Source: Octopus bimaculoides (lineage: Eukaryota). Taken from it: 64,000 bases of DNA. Made by a program: the position numbers and the translations under genes. This document shows positions 10,926 through 23,999 of the stretch, one piece after another. Every line of letters begins with the position of its first letter. Within the stretch, counting starts at the first letter, position 1. The notes beneath the pieces are model-generated. The model was not told the DNA's origin. It did no database searches and saw nothing but the letters and a program-made list of their open reading frames with translations. The DNA is taken from positions 31,226,314 to 31,290,313 of the forward strand of contig NC_069003.1 of NCBI RefSeq assembly GCF_001194135.2, in the 5' to 3' direction.

Positions 10926-12005
10926 GTGCATGTGTGGCTTTGTTTTGGCATTTTGTGATGTTGTAGATAAATGTCAATATTGATTCCAGTAAAGTCTGGC
11001 ACCTATTCTGTTGGTCTCTTTTGTCAAATCCCTAAGTTACAGGAGCATAAGCAAACCAATATGCTGTAGAAGCATATCTGACCTTGAAGGAATAGCACCT
11101 TGCTTAAGGTAATATTAAAGGTTTGCAACAGGAAGGGCATCCAACCATAGAAAATGTGTGTCTGTGTCTTTGCATCTGCGTCTGTCTTCCCAATGCTTGG
11201 TAATCTGTGTCGGTTTGTTTATGCCACTGTAACATTTATGCACCTGCACCTTATATATACATATATATATGTGTGTGTGTGTGAGTGTGTGTGTTTGTAA
11301 CTATATAGTTATTTAAATATATTGTCTAAAAACTAAGGAATATGATTTGGTCATGGCTAAAATGCTCTTTCTGTTTTTTTGTTTTTTTTATCGCAGGTCA
11401 GCTTGATCAGAGCTGATCTCATACTAAACAACAATAAATAAAAAGAAATAATGTCTCTTCTCATCTTGCATTACTTAAATCAATACATTTAGCAGATTTA
11501 TGATTGATAATTGAATGTTTATTTCCATTCCAGGAGAAATGCATCAGTAAAGCAGAAATAGAATCGGCAAAGATCAAAGCCTATTTAAATTTTGCAGGCC
11601 ATTAACTACATCTTTGATATTTACATGTCTTCTACCATGTTTCAGTTAGTCCGATTTCCAATCGTTTTTCAGATACATTTCAGGATTATAAATCGATTCC
11701 TATCCTTTGGGTCATACAGTCACAGAGAAGAACAATGTCTGTGATGTTGAGTTGCTGAGTTTATATCTTATTACAACAGCCACTGAGTTGTTGTTGTTGT
11801 TGCTGCTCTTGTTGTTGTTGTTGTGGTTGCTATCAATACTGTTGTTGTTGTTGTTGTTGTTGTAGCTGTTCCTTTTGAATGATATATTTAATTCTCACCG
11901 GCTCCAACATTCCTGACTGACATAGAATATGTTCATTCTATTCCTTATAGGAAGCAGTCGTTGGAAAATTCCAGATATAGGTATCATCTGCTCTCAGCAG
12001 GCTAA

Positions 12006-12205
12006 ATGTCAAGATCCTTGGCTATAGTAGAAGACACTTGCCCAAGATCCGAGGCTATAGTAGAAGACACTTGCCCAAGATTCGAGGTTATAGTAGAAGA
12101 CACTTGCCCAAGATCCGAGGCTATAGTAGAAGACACTTGCCCAAGGTGTCATCCAGTGGAACTGAACCTGGAACCATGTGGTCAGGAAGCAAGCTTTTTA
12201 CCACT
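12006..12205 (-). mobile_element. SINE family A with internal 4 x 33-bp tandem amplification
   Basis: GCTATAGTAGAAGACACTTGCCCAAGATCCGAG units start at 12021, 12054, 12087 and 12120. Confidence 0.9.
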
Positions 12206-12661
12206 TGTTTTATTTTTTTCTTGTTTTTTTTTAAAGCNNNNNNNNNNNNNNNNNNNNNNNNNNNNNNNNNNNNNNNNNNNNNNNNNNNNNNNNNNNNNNN
12301 NNNNNNNNNNNNNNNNNNNNNNNNNNNNNNNNNNNNNNNNNNNNNNNNNNNNNNNNNNNNNNNNNNNNNNNNNNNNNNNNNNNNNNNNNNNNNNNNNNNN
12401 NNNNNNNNNNNNNNNNNNNNNNNNNNNNNNNNNNNNNNNNNNNNNNNNNNNNNNNNNNNNNNNNNNNNNNNNNNNNNNNNNNNNNNNNNNNNNNNNNNNN
12501 NNNNNNNNGGTAAACTATTGACATTTACTTTGTTTTCTCTGTGAAGGTTTAATAAATAATCTTTTAATATTGTTTAATTAAAAACATTCATTTTAAAAAT
12601 ATTGCACTTCATATTTTGTGAACTCAATACATACATTGTACAATATTTGCACTTGTGTGAG

Positions 12662-12873
12662 GTGGAGAGCTGGCAGAAACATTAGCATGCTGGGTGAAAA
12701 GCTTAGCAGTATTTTGTCTGTCTTTATGTTCTGAGTTCAAATTCTGCCGAGGTCAACTTTGCCTTTCATCTTTTTGAGGTCAATAAATTAAGTACCAGTT
12801 GTGTACTGGGTCGATCTAATCGACTGGCCCCCTCCCCCAAAATTTCAGGCCTTGTGCCAAGAGTGGAAAAGAA
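12662..12873 (+). mobile_element. SINE family B
   Basis: GAGCTGGCAGAAACATTAGC..GAGTTCAAATTCTGCCGAGGTC..CCTTGTGCC. Confidence 0.85.
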
Positions 12874-12947
12874 TTTTTACATTCATGTAGATGACTGTTT
12901 CTTGAACAATGTTCTTTCTCAATCAAGGTTCCATTTCCCTCATAGTG

Positions 12948-13095
12948 AAGGTGTATGAGTTAGTGGTTAAGGTACTTGGCTCACAATCATAAAGTTGCGA
13001 GTTCGATTCCCAGCATCATGTTGTATCCTAGTCCACATTTTATTTCATATTGCTCCAGTCTACTCAACTGGCAAAAATGAGTTGTATCTGTAATG
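12948..13095 (+). mobile_element. SINE family F (tRNA-like head)
   Basis: TTAGTGGTTAAGG (A-box-like), GAGTTCGATTCCC (B-box), TTGCTCCAGTC.ACTCA.CTGGCAAAAATGAG. Confidence 0.75.
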
Positions 13096-13844
13096 ATGAT
13101 TGAAAAATGATATTCTTTTTATCTGAAATAACAGTAAAATCAGTTTTAGTTCATGAGGTTTGTGGGAGATCTTGTTTTTAAATTTGGTAGTTGGAAGTTT
13201 ATTTTATCTTATCATGTTATACACAGACAAAACATACACACAAAATTAAAATGATAAAAATAATATGGTTGATAAATACAGAATAAAATTATGAAGCAGA
13301 TCAAAGGAATTTTATATTGAATTGACAGAATTTCTTTAAATTAAAATTGTGTTTTATAATCTCCGCAAATTACGAGTTGAGTGTATATAAGTTTGTAATT
13401 CGACACACATACAGACTGTCTCAGCAGGCATAAGAACTTGGATTTTCTAGGAAGATAAAAAAGAAAGTCTGTACCATTAATGATTTTCTTAATTAAATTA
13501 GCAATTTATGTGAAATAATATATTTCACAATGCTAGACTAATTTTATATCAGTTTCAACAAATGGTAATTAAGACTAACTTTAGACACATTACAGGCCCC
13601 TTGACAAATCGATGCACTGGCCACTATGGTATTTATTTGTTGATAGTAAGCCACAGCATACATAGACCAAAATTGGGCATTTCAACCCTAAGGACCCCAG
13701 GCAAATCAATTTACTGAGCCCTAATGCATTTATTGGATTTATGCCAAAATTTGGTTTCAAAGGATTTATTTTCTTGATTTTAGGATGACATTGCAGGGTA
13801 GGTGTGAGAGGCTGGATCTCGCCAGTTTGAACATAAAACAAGTA

Positions 13845-13876
<32 letters not shown>

Positions 13877-13880
<4 letters not shown>

Positions 13881-14035
13881 GGCTTGCACACAGTTTCTGT
13901 CTACCAAATCTACTCACAAGGCTTTGTTCAATTTAGGGCAGTAGTAGAGGACACTTGCCCAAAGTGCCACGCAGCAAGACTGAACCCAGAACCATGTGGT
14001 TGGGAAACAAACTACTTACCACACAGCCAAGCCTG
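13877..14035 (-). mobile_element. SINE family A
   Basis: Reverse match, TCTACCAAATCTACTCACAAGGCTTTG..CTTACCACACAGCC. Confidence 0.8.
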
Positions 14036-14650
14036 TTCCTAATGGCATTTTCTTAAGTACCAAACCACTAAGACCTCTACCAATCCACCTCTTTACATTC
14101 TCGTTCAAATCAAACTTATTCCAGAATTTATATAGAATATTCTCAATAAATGTTACATTTATTCTCTTGATTTAATCTTAAATAAAATCTTACTTCATTT
14201 TTATTTACTGTACTTCTTTCAAGAGAAGATTTTAAAGTGTTTCTACTAAAACTTTGCTGCTCAGAGAACTGGCATAATGACTTTTCTTTTCAATTTTAAA
14301 TGCTTTTCCCTCTTCCTATTCTTTTAAGCTTCAAAGAAATTGCTTATCCCTAAGAGTTTCCTGTTATATTTTTACAACATACCATTATCATCATCATCAT
14401 CATCATCATCATCATTATTATCATTATCATTTTTATTTTTGTCGTCATCTTTACCATCATCATCATCGTTATTGTTATCATCATCATCATTCTTTTATGC
14501 TTTTATGCATTTCAGCCCAAATGCTGTGACCAAGCTGGTGCACCATTATTATCATTACTATAATTGGGTTGATGTAATCGACCTACCCCTCCTACAAAAT
14601 TGCTGGCCTTGTGCCAAAATTTGAAACCATTATTATTATTATTATTATTA

Positions 14651-14912
14651 TTTGAACTCAGAACGTAACAGCAGACAAAATACCACAAGGCATTTCGCCC
14701 GGGCAAGCTGGCAAAATTGTTAGCATACTGGACGAAATACTTAGCGGTATTTTACCCAGTGCTCCAATCTGAGTTCAAATTCTGCTGAGGTCGACTTTGC
14801 CTTTCATCTTTTCGGGGCCGATAAAATAAGTACCAGTTAAACACTGGGGTCAATGTTATCGACTCATCCCCTCCCCCAAAATTGCTGCCCTTGTGGCAAA
14901 ATTTGAAACCCT
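14651..14912. mobile_element. Head-to-head SINE family B pair (minus fragment 14651-14700, plus copy 14701-14912)
   Basis: TTGAACTCAGAACG..ATTTCGCCC abuts GGGCAAGCTGGCAAAA..CTGAGTTCAA. Confidence 0.75.
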
Positions 14913-16229
14913 TATTATTATTATTATTATTATTATCATTATCATCATCATCATCCTCATTATCATCATCATCATTATTATCATCATCCTTATTATTATT
15001 CCTATTATTATTCTTATCTTAAAATTTTGTTTTGATTTAAAAATCTAGTAAATTTTTTTGTTTTATCTTTACTATTTTGCGTTTTATTTGCTGTAAGTCA
15101 TTTTAAAATCTTTCCTTGGCTTTTTCTTTTGTACTGTATCATAGACATACATCAAAGATAATGGCAAATACCTGAAGTTCTTTCATGGAAATTCTTCGTA
15201 ATATAATTTTATTGATTTCACACACTCAGCATGTTAAATTCATAGCAGAACATAGAACTGTGTGACTTAAGCCTATCTCTCCAGTTCATTAGTAATGTAA
15301 GTGAATTGAAATATTGACAACATGCTGTTTTGAGAAATTGGTTTTGTCAAGAACTAAACGCTGCTGCTCTACCATTCTCTACCAAAATTTAACCCTTTTT
15401 TTGTACCAACCCACCAAGACCTCCCTTGGTTCCATGATAGAAACTTCATGTTCTTAAGTAGTAGTAGTAGTAGTAATAGCAGTAGTAGTAATGCAACTGT
15501 CCCCTTCCCCCAATTTCAGGCCTTGTGCCTTTAGTAGAAAAGATTTGATAAAAATGGATCGATTAAGTTGCAACGTATTCAATCATAAGTCAGCTCAATC
15601 ATGGTTAATCTTGTGATAAACGATAGTATATGTGAAGCTCAATACAACTTGTATAAAAGGTGTTGAAATAAAAACTTTAATGCTCAAATTCTAAGCTACA
15701 ACCAGCCATTGCAGCAGATTTCAAGAGCTTCATCATGAGACTGTAAATAATTGCAAAAAGGGATTAATTTTATTTTGTGTTAAACTGTCTGTATTGAGAT
15801 GGATTATTAATTGGTCAATTAATTTGTTCATTTACACGATAATTACTCAATCGCACATGTAATAAAAGAAGTTCCTGTAAATGATGATATCCAGTAAAAC
15901 CTGGAACACAATCAGGGACAGAGTAGAAAATAGTTTCCGGTAAGGATATCAGAACCAGATGAAAAATGCCCAGTGACATGTTGTGCCTGAAAAGCAAAGG
16001 ATAATGATGGTTGTTAACATAACGAGCCAAGAAATTTTAATTAAATTTACACTTGTGGTGAGGAGAAAAACTCATTAAGAATCATTAGATTAATGATAAA
16101 TTCTAATTGAGAAAGAAAAAGGAAATGCCCCCACCCCACCCCTATAGTTTGCAATGAATAAGTCAGTCTTTGGATTCTTAGCTCAAAGTTCCATGTTAGG
16201 TTTATTATTACTATAAATTCGTTGACATA

Positions 16230-16391
16230 AAGTGGTATGACAGAATCCTAGACACAGAGGTACTTGCCTGTACTAGTCTGTCTAGCATCTACACCATTCT
16301 GATGCAGTCACAGCTTTGCCTGACAGGTCATGTAGTTCATATTCCAGACCACTGGCTCTCAAAGAAACTATTAAAGGGCAAGTTCTTGTAA
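16230..16391 (+). mobile_element. RTE-clade LINE C-terminal remnant
   Basis: KWYDRILDTEVLACTSLSSIYTILMQSQLCLTGHVVHIPDHWLSKKLL resembles WQDRIPNTEVL...QLRWAGHV.RM.D.RLPK. Confidence 0.75.
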
Positions 16392-16464
16392 TGGGATTTT
16401 AGAAAAATAGCAGAGTTTATTTCTCACTTCCTTGCAATCATATTTAGACTCACTTGAATATGAA

Positions 16465-16700
16465 CTCATATCATCATCATCACTGTCGTCATCGTTTAAT
16501 GCCCATTGCCTAGACTGGCATGGGTTGAATAGTTTGACCAGGGCTGGTAAGCTGAGTGGCTGCACCAGACTGACTTAGCATGTTTTCTACAGCTGGCTGC
16601 CCTTCCTAATGCCAACTACTCCAGGTGTGTAATGGGTGCTTTTACATTCCACCAGGATGGGTGCAGTGACATGACACTGGTATCTGCCACAATTGCGATT
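16465..16700 (-). mobile_element. Family E
   Basis: CATCGTTTAATGCCC..GGCATGGGTTG..GCCCTTCCTAATGCCAAC. Confidence 0.7.
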
Positions 16701-17294
16701 TCACTCAAATTTCAACAAAATCTGATGCCTCTCAAAACTGTTTGAGTATCCCCAAAACAAATGTTTTCTGGTGCCTTAAAAATGACTACATTTTTTCTAA
16801 CTGCTTCCGTATTTTAGATTATGTTCTTTTACACTGAATTATTGCAAATTTTCTGTAAATGCAAGATGTTGTCCCTTTCTTTTAATTAACAAAAAATTGT
16901 TGATACGTTTGACAGTACAAATCGTTTTGTATTCATCTAATATTCATTATAGAACCTTATTTAGTGCCATTCTCTAATCAATGTTTGAAAATTTCTTATT
17001 GTAATACATGGAGAAAATTAATGACGTCAAACGGTTGTAAGGAAACAAATCTTGTAAACAGTTACAAAATAATATGGCTACAGGGAAAAACATGTAACTA
17101 TTGTAAAATATTCTATGAATCTGGAACAAAAAAAGAATTTCAGATACCAAACATTTTCATTCTCAAATTTTCTCATTGTTGTAATGTTTCTTATATAAGT
17201 TGGTTATCTAAACAGAAGTACATGAGCTTTATATGGTAGGTGTTTTCAGAAAAGTTTTCCACCAATGTTAACAACAGTCACACAAAATGTTATA

Positions 17295-17513
17295 TACAAG
17301 GTGGTGCTGGAAAGTTCCTGTCTTTGGGTAAAAGAAAATACAGGAGGATCACTTAATTATGATTTTATTGAACATATTCCCCTCTGATTCACACACTTAT
17401 TGCAGCAATCCTTCATTTTTTCTAAGCCCTGTAAAAGAACATGGAAGGTTGGGTCTCCAACCAGGCCTTTCATGATACCCTTAAAGCCAGAAACATTCCA
17501 GCACCCCCTCATA
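17295..17513. mobile_element. Mariner-type MITE
   Basis: TIRs TACAAGGTGGTGCTGGAAAGTTCCTG.CTTTGGGTA / TACCCTTAAAGCCAGAAACATTCCAGCACCCCCTCATA, TA ends. Confidence 0.75.
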
Positions 17514-17899
17514 CCAAGAACCTATTCAAATACAGATATGGTAAGGATACATACCCTTTTAAGTATATATAACTTTCATCTTCATTATTATTCCTTCTCC
17601 TCTCCTCTTTTCTTTACCCTCACACAGACTAACCCCCTCTTTCAACTATAACAAACTTATTCATTTATTTACTTGTTTTGGGATACTCATTTACCCTTGT
17701 TTTTACTTTTTACAATATTTTTTTCTGAGATTCTTAATTTCTAAAATAACTCTTTCCCCTTTGCTCCTCTTTATTGCCGTTATTATAATTATTATCACAT
17801 GATATACGTGAGTTATATTATTCAATTTTATTCAGCTATTATTGGCTCCTTTATGTTCATATAATTTTTCAGCAACAATCAATCTTTTGTACAAAAGAT

Positions 17900-18110
17900 T
17901 CCATTAAATTTCAAATGTCATGACCCCTGTCCAATTAGCTTTATATGTCTTTTTGATAATTTACCAAATTGTTATCTCTGCACCATTTTTAAACATTTAT
18001 AAACCATTGTATTGTTCCAAACGTTCACTTCTATCTGATGATTACCTACGTGAAACTCTGTGCAGCAGTTTGTGTAGTTTTTCTGCTTGAATCAACTTAA
18101 TATTTTATTC
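17900..18110 (+). mobile_element. Possible Penelope-type terminal region with decayed hammerhead-like core
   Basis: CTGATGA-ttacctacgt-GAAAC at 18035-18056; helices do not pair. Confidence 0.25.
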
Positions 18111-18310
18111 TACCTTTGGTATTCAAGTACTATTTTCTCCACCTTGAAAATGGCCACTTTCTATAGTAGAAAGGATTATTACTATTATTATTATTATCAT
18201 TATTATTATTATTATTATTATTGAGTGAGAGAGCAGTGCATGCCATCAAAGTGACACTGGGGTAAAATATACGAAGCCCAATATTATTATTATTACTATT
18301 ATTATTATTG

Positions 18311-18523
18311 TTCAGTAGTTTTATTTTTATAACATGCTTTCACTTCACTACCGAGCGCAGCTCTGTGCGCCTTGGGTATGTGCTGTGGTTTGCTGTGGTG
18401 CTCTTATGTTTACTGTATTGAAAGTGTTTTGCGTAGAATGTGTGCAGTACCCAGTAGTGCAATTTTCTGTATGTTATATATATTTGTAAGTCCTGGTGTT
18501 TTTGTTATGTATTTGTCTGAAGA

Positions 18524-18525
<2 letters not shown>
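18311..18525 (-). mobile_element. 5'-truncated R4/Dong-like LINE 3' end
   Basis: KYITKTPGLTNIYNIQKIALLGTAHILRKTLSIQ* plus 3' UTR; (ATT)n on both sides. Confidence 0.8.
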
Positions 18526-18564
<39 letters not shown>

Positions 18565-18565
<1 letters not shown>

Positions 18566-18780
18566 GGTAGCAAGCTGGCAGAATTGTTCATACATTGGGC
18601 AGAATGGATAGTGGCATTCCATCCGTCTTCAAGTTCTGAGTTCAAATTCTGCTGAGGTCAACTTTGCCTTTCATCCCTTCGAGATTGATAGAATAAGTAC
18701 CAGTTGACCACTGAGGTTGATGTAATCAGCTTCCCCTACTTCTATGAAACTGCTGGCCTTGAGCCAGACCTCGAAACCAT
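18565..18780 (+). mobile_element. SINE family B
   Basis: GCAAGCTGGCAGAATTGTT..GAGTTCAAATTCTGCTGAGGTC. Confidence 0.8.
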
Positions 18781-20380
18781 TATTTTCTTCATTCCACTGT
18801 GCCTAAGTAACAACACTTAATATCCATTTCACATGCCATGTATGATAACAGAGCATGGTGCTTAATGAGATGCCACTCCTTGTCATTCAGATTTACACAC
18901 ACCTTATGTAAATTTATACGTTTGTATCATTTATCACACATAACCATTTATATGTAATGTGGTTCAAAGCAGAATGGTGCCATCACCAAAACCAATAGAT
19001 GGAAGACGAAACTGACCTTGGAAGTATTCTGTACTTAAAATTCAAATGTATATTCCTAAACAGTGCTTAGCATTTTGTGCAAATCAATATGTAATAATAG
19101 AATTTGTCTTCAAATTGTATGCTCCGATACTTTAATGATAATCTACCAAATTTAGCCAACTTTGGTTACAATGAAGAATATACTAAACTGATAAATGAAA
19201 TATCATTAATCAGATTTAATTACAGTTTTGGCCTGGAGATACTATGTTAACTAGAAGTCATTCTGACAATCAATATATTTATCTGCTTATATGCAATTAA
19301 TAGAGGCAAATATCTTTGTTATACATGTATAATGATATCAAATCTTAATTATTATTCCTAATCTGTTATCAGCTTCATTTGAGATTTTCCTAGGAAGATT
19401 AATTTTAAGATATCTAATATAGGAGTGAATAATATTTTTTATGTTTTACACATACACACACACACAAACACACACACACACACAGATATGCATATGCATG
19501 TATGTATATGCATATATCTCTCTACCTACCTACCTACCTACCTACCTACCTACCTACCTACCTACCTACCTACCTAACTACTTATCTATTTATTTATCTA
19601 TCTATCTATCTATCTTCTCTCTCATATATATATATATATATATANNNNNNNNNNNNNNNNNNNNNNNNNNNNNNNNNNNNNNNNNNNNNNNNNNNNNNNN
19701 NNNNNNNNNNNNNNNNNNNNNNNNNNNNNNNNNNNNNNNNNNNNNNNNNNNNNNNNNNNNNNNNNNNNNNNNNNNNNNNNNNNNNNNNNNNNNNNNNNNN
19801 NNNNNNNNNNNNNNNNNNNNNNNNNNNNNNNNNNNNNNNNNNNNNNNNNNNNNNNNNNNNNNNNNNNNNNNNNNNNNNNNNNNNNNNNNNNNNNNNNNNN
19901 NNNNNNNNNNNNNNNNNNNNNNNNNNNNNNNNNNNNNNNNNNNNNNNNNNNNNNNNNNNNNNNNNNNNNNNNNNNNNNNNNNNNNNNNNNNNNNNNNNNN
20001 NNNNNNNNNNNNNNNNNNNNNNNNNNNNNNNNNNNNNNNNNNNNNNNNNNNNNNNNNNNNNNNNNNNNNNNNNNNNNNNNNNNNNNNNNNNNNNNNNNNN
20101 NNNNNNNNNNNNNNNNNNNNNNNNNNNNNNNNNNNNNNNNNNNNNNNNNNNNNNNNNNNNNNNNNNNNNNNNNNNNNNNNNNNNNNNNNNNNNNNNNNNN
20201 NNNNNNNNNNNNNNNNNNNNNNNNNNNNNNNNNNNNNNNNNNNNNNNNNNNNNNNNNNNNNNNNNNNNNNNNNNNNNNNNNNNNNNNNNNNNNNNNNNNN
20301 NATATAGACATATATATATAGACATATATATATAGACATATATATATAGACATATATATATATAGGCATATATATATATA

Positions 20381-20425
<45 letters not shown>

Positions 20426-20857
20426 TTACATGTATATATGCACATATATATTATATATATATGAGCAATTTATGCTGGCATGTACTTAAGCTGATTGCCA
20501 ACAAGCTGTCAATGAATCTAGCAACAACGCTGAGAATAAAAAAATAGTCCACAGTTTGGTGGAGAATGTTTACAACAATGTAATACTCCTCTTATTTTCG
20601 CGAATTAATGCTAGTTTATGTGCTCTTTCAATGACTGCAAATCACTGCCTTGGTGATACAGAAGCATTAGATAAAGGCAAACAATAAAAACAGTGTTAAC
20701 ATGGGTTTTGAAAATGGTAAAAAGGATAATCACTCTACTGGGAACTATCAATTATGTCATGTTGCTTAGATAAATTAACTCACATCCAACAAAGAACATA
20801 AAATATAATCTAAAATATGCTTGGAAATAGTAAATAGGGAAAAGCTTATGAAGGCAC

Positions 20858-21175
20858 TTGGCTCAGTGGTTAAAGTGTTGGGCACACAATCATGAGATAG
20901 TGAGTTTGATTCTGAGACTGGGCTGTATGTTGTGTTTTTGAGCAAGGCACTTTACTTTATGTTGCTTCAGTTCATTCAGCTTTAGAAATGAGTTTCAACA
21001 CCACTGATGCCAAGGTGTATCAGCCTTTGCCTTTCCCTTGGATGACATCAGTGGCATGGAGAGAGAGGCGAGGCTGGTATGCATGGGCAACTGCTGGTCT
21101 TCCATAAACAACCTTGCCCGGACCTATGCCTCAGACAGGAACTTTCTAGGTGCATGGTTATTCATGACTGAAGGG
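20858..21175 (+). mobile_element. SINE family F variant
   Basis: TGGCTCAGTGGTTAAAG..TTGAGCAAGGCACTTTA..TTGCTTCAGTTCATTCAGC. Confidence 0.65.
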
Positions 21176-21219
21176 GTTCTTCACCCTTTTACACTGTAAT
21201 CGGACTGTTTATTCTCAGA

Positions 21220-22150
21220 CAGGCTATTGATGCTGAAATACAAAAACTATTGAGTCAAGCTAGAAATGTCCATGAATTTCCTCAGTGACTGCGATGTAAA
21301 CTTAAGATAAAAACTTGTTGGCAGAGGCTTAACTTTGATTCAAACAGCCTTTGAAAGTCCCTTCAATAGCATCTACAAACTATCAAATACCAAGGTCCCA
21401 TCATGGATCAAATGTGCATGAATGAGGATGGCAACACCTTGAGAATTGGAATGGTGCTTCTCACAACATATTCCTCGACTGACGATCTAGAACATACAAC
21501 CAGAGAACTGTACTGCAACAGGTCAGTGAAAGAAAGGTTGAATACATACCTGCGAAAAAAGTCACATATGGCTATATTTCCAGGTTTCAAAGTGACAGTA
21601 ACATTGAGAACCAATGTAGACTATCTTGGAATAATAACCAAGATATTGGCTTTCACTTTGAAGGATATGCTTTTGCAATCCAGAAACAGGAAATAGCTAC
21701 AAAATATCTGATGCATAAAAGAGACAGAGATGCAGTTAAACCACAGAAAGATGAAAACCAATACAGGCTTTGTGGAATTAGTAACGAGATTGTCATCTAC
21801 ATCTTAAGTGACTCCCTGAAAATGTCCTCATAGTATTATCTACTTTGGAAACATGTTCCGGTTAGAACACAATATAATGGAATCTACAGAAAGGATAATC
21901 CTAAGAAGCTGCAATGATGTGAGAACATAACCACACATAATTTGAAAGAATACTGATGGAATGTCCTTGTCAAGACTTCAGTAAAATGCAAGCACAACAT
22001 AGCAGACATAATCATATGAAAGAGAGCAAAGAAATTATGCAGAGTGGTTGAAAGCTGTTGCGCAACAGATGTCAACATGATGTTAAAGATTATTGAAAAA
22101 GAAAACATTCATAATGAATTGATGAGAAATTTGTAATTATTCCTTCCAAA
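21220..22150 (+). mobile_element. R4/Dong-like LINE remnant (RT thumb, CCHC region, REL endonuclease)
   Basis: VGRGL; FHFEGYAFAIQKQEIATKY; YRLCG; KEY*WNVLVKTSVKCKHNIADIII...LCRVVESCCATDVNM; stops and frameshifts. Confidence 0.8.
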
Positions 22151-22172
22151 AATGCTTTCATGATTTCATTGA

Positions 22173-22206
<34 letters not shown>

Positions 22207-23547
22207 TTTCTGCTATAAGCACAAGGGCTGAAATTTTGGGGAGGGGGCCAGTCGATTAGATCGACCTCAGTACGCAACTGGTACTTANNNNNNNNNNNNN
22301 NNNNNNNNNNNNNNNNNNNNNNNNNNNNNNNNNNNNNNNNNNNNNNNNNNNNNNNNNNNNNNNNNNNNNNNNNNNNNNNNNNNNNNNNNNNNNNNNNNNA
22401 TATATATATATATATAGGTATGGTGATGTGAACAGGAAAAATAGAACTCAAAAAAGAGTATATGTGTATTTTTTTAAATATTTAGCAGAAGTAACAGAGT
22501 TTGATAAGTGCCAACACATAAAACTCTCATACCTTGAGCCACTCTGTTATTTCTGCTAAATATTAATTAATATGTGTGTGTGCATGTGTGTGTATAAAAT
22601 ACACACACACATATATAAATCAGAGAAGATAAGCTTTGTATGTGGCAGATACATACACCCACAGGCATATATACACATGCAAAGACATGCACACACTCAC
22701 ACACATACACACTCATGCACACACTCTCACATACACATACACACACGCACACGCACATTCATACACACATATACATGCATGCACATGTCTAGAAGATACA
22801 AATCGAAGACATAAAAGAAATACTTTGCATTTTTCCCATTCAGAAAGTCTGATGAAGTGTTTATATATTTATTTTATTTTTCTTGTAAGTTAATAGTTAA
22901 TGCATTCAATCTACAATGCTGACCATGTCTCTTTTTTTTTTTCCTCTAAAACACTTATTTCATATCTTTTAGTTTGTCTGCATTTTGTTTAAGAATTTTA
23001 ATACTTAAGAACTATATACATTTGGTAATAGAGACATACTTTTAGAGTTATGGCTTTAATGCAGAAGTAAGAAAAATGTCTTTTAACATAACATGATATT
23101 GACATATAATATATGAATGCACTTAGGAATAAACAGAGAAAATTCTCCCATTTAAAAGAAAAAGAAAACTATGGCTGACAGCTGTAAGTTAATGATTTAT
23201 ATAAGTAGTATATTTAATATATAGTTATATTTATACAATTATATGTGTAAATATAGATAATAAACCATGCATTGGTTCTATGTAATATAGATATAGATTT
23301 AATTAATGTCTAAATATGTTCTATTGATACATAATTCAACAGAATCTGTTTGCTTTTCGATAAAAAATATTCCTAACAGTCAAACAAATAATTTTGAATA
23401 TATTTATGATCTGAGAACAGTTCAGTGAAAGATGTAAGCTAGAGAAAGATTTCTATGATTGACAAGAATGAATAAATATATGAAGAGATTGATGAATTTA
23501 AGTAACGAAGGATATAACTTATCCTTGTTTTAATGCTTTTATCCAGT

Positions 23548-23735
23548 GTCTTTTGATTTGCTTCAGTTGTTAGACTGTGGTCATGCTGGGGCATCACCTT
23601 TAAGAATTTTAGTCAAATGAATCGACCTCAGTGTTTATATTAATTTTGTTTAAGCCTGGTACTTGTTCTATCGGTCTCTTTTGCTGACCTGCTCAGTTAG
23701 AGGACATGAACACACCAACACCAGTTGTCAAGTGG
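23548..23735 (-). mobile_element. SINE family D
   Basis: TTCAGTTGTTAGACTGTGGTCATGCTGGGGCATCACC..TTCTATCGGTCTCTTTTGCTGA. Confidence 0.7.
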
Positions 23736-23999
23736 TGGTGGTAGTGGTGGTGGTGGTGGTGCTGGTGCTGGTGGTGGAAGTCAAACATAGAATTAAGGTG
23801 GTGGGAGACAAACTCGTGCACACACACACACACTCACGAGTTCTTCTTACATAGAGCCAGCACGAGTGCTCCGTATGTGGCACCGGTGCAGGTGCTTTAT
23901 ATGTGGCACCAGCTTGGGTACTTTGTCTGTGGCACAGCACCAATACTTTTTTACATGGCACCAGCATGGGCGATTTTTATGTGGCAGTCTCCATAATTC

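Noticed and set aside
11600-11700. IGLTETW resembling an APE endonuclease motif
   Set aside because: Single short motif flanked by stops, with no other endonuclease motifs
12021-12145. CRISPR-like array of 33-bp repeats
   Set aside because: No spacers, the unit is SINE-derived, the context is eukaryotic, and there are no cas genes
12948-13020. tRNA gene (also 20865, 47965 and family A heads)
   Set aside because: A/B-box-like motifs are present but no complete cloverleaf was evident; they continue into shared SINE bodies
15815-16030. 71-aa ORF containing CVPGFTG (EGF-like) with splice-like signals on both strands
   Set aside because: Other EGF cysteines are absent, and strand and frame are ambiguous
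21403-21696. 97-aa ORF and strong minus-strand donor CAG|GTATGT at about 21550
   Set aside because: Lies inside an R4-like LINE remnant, and the minus-strand exon has stops in all frames
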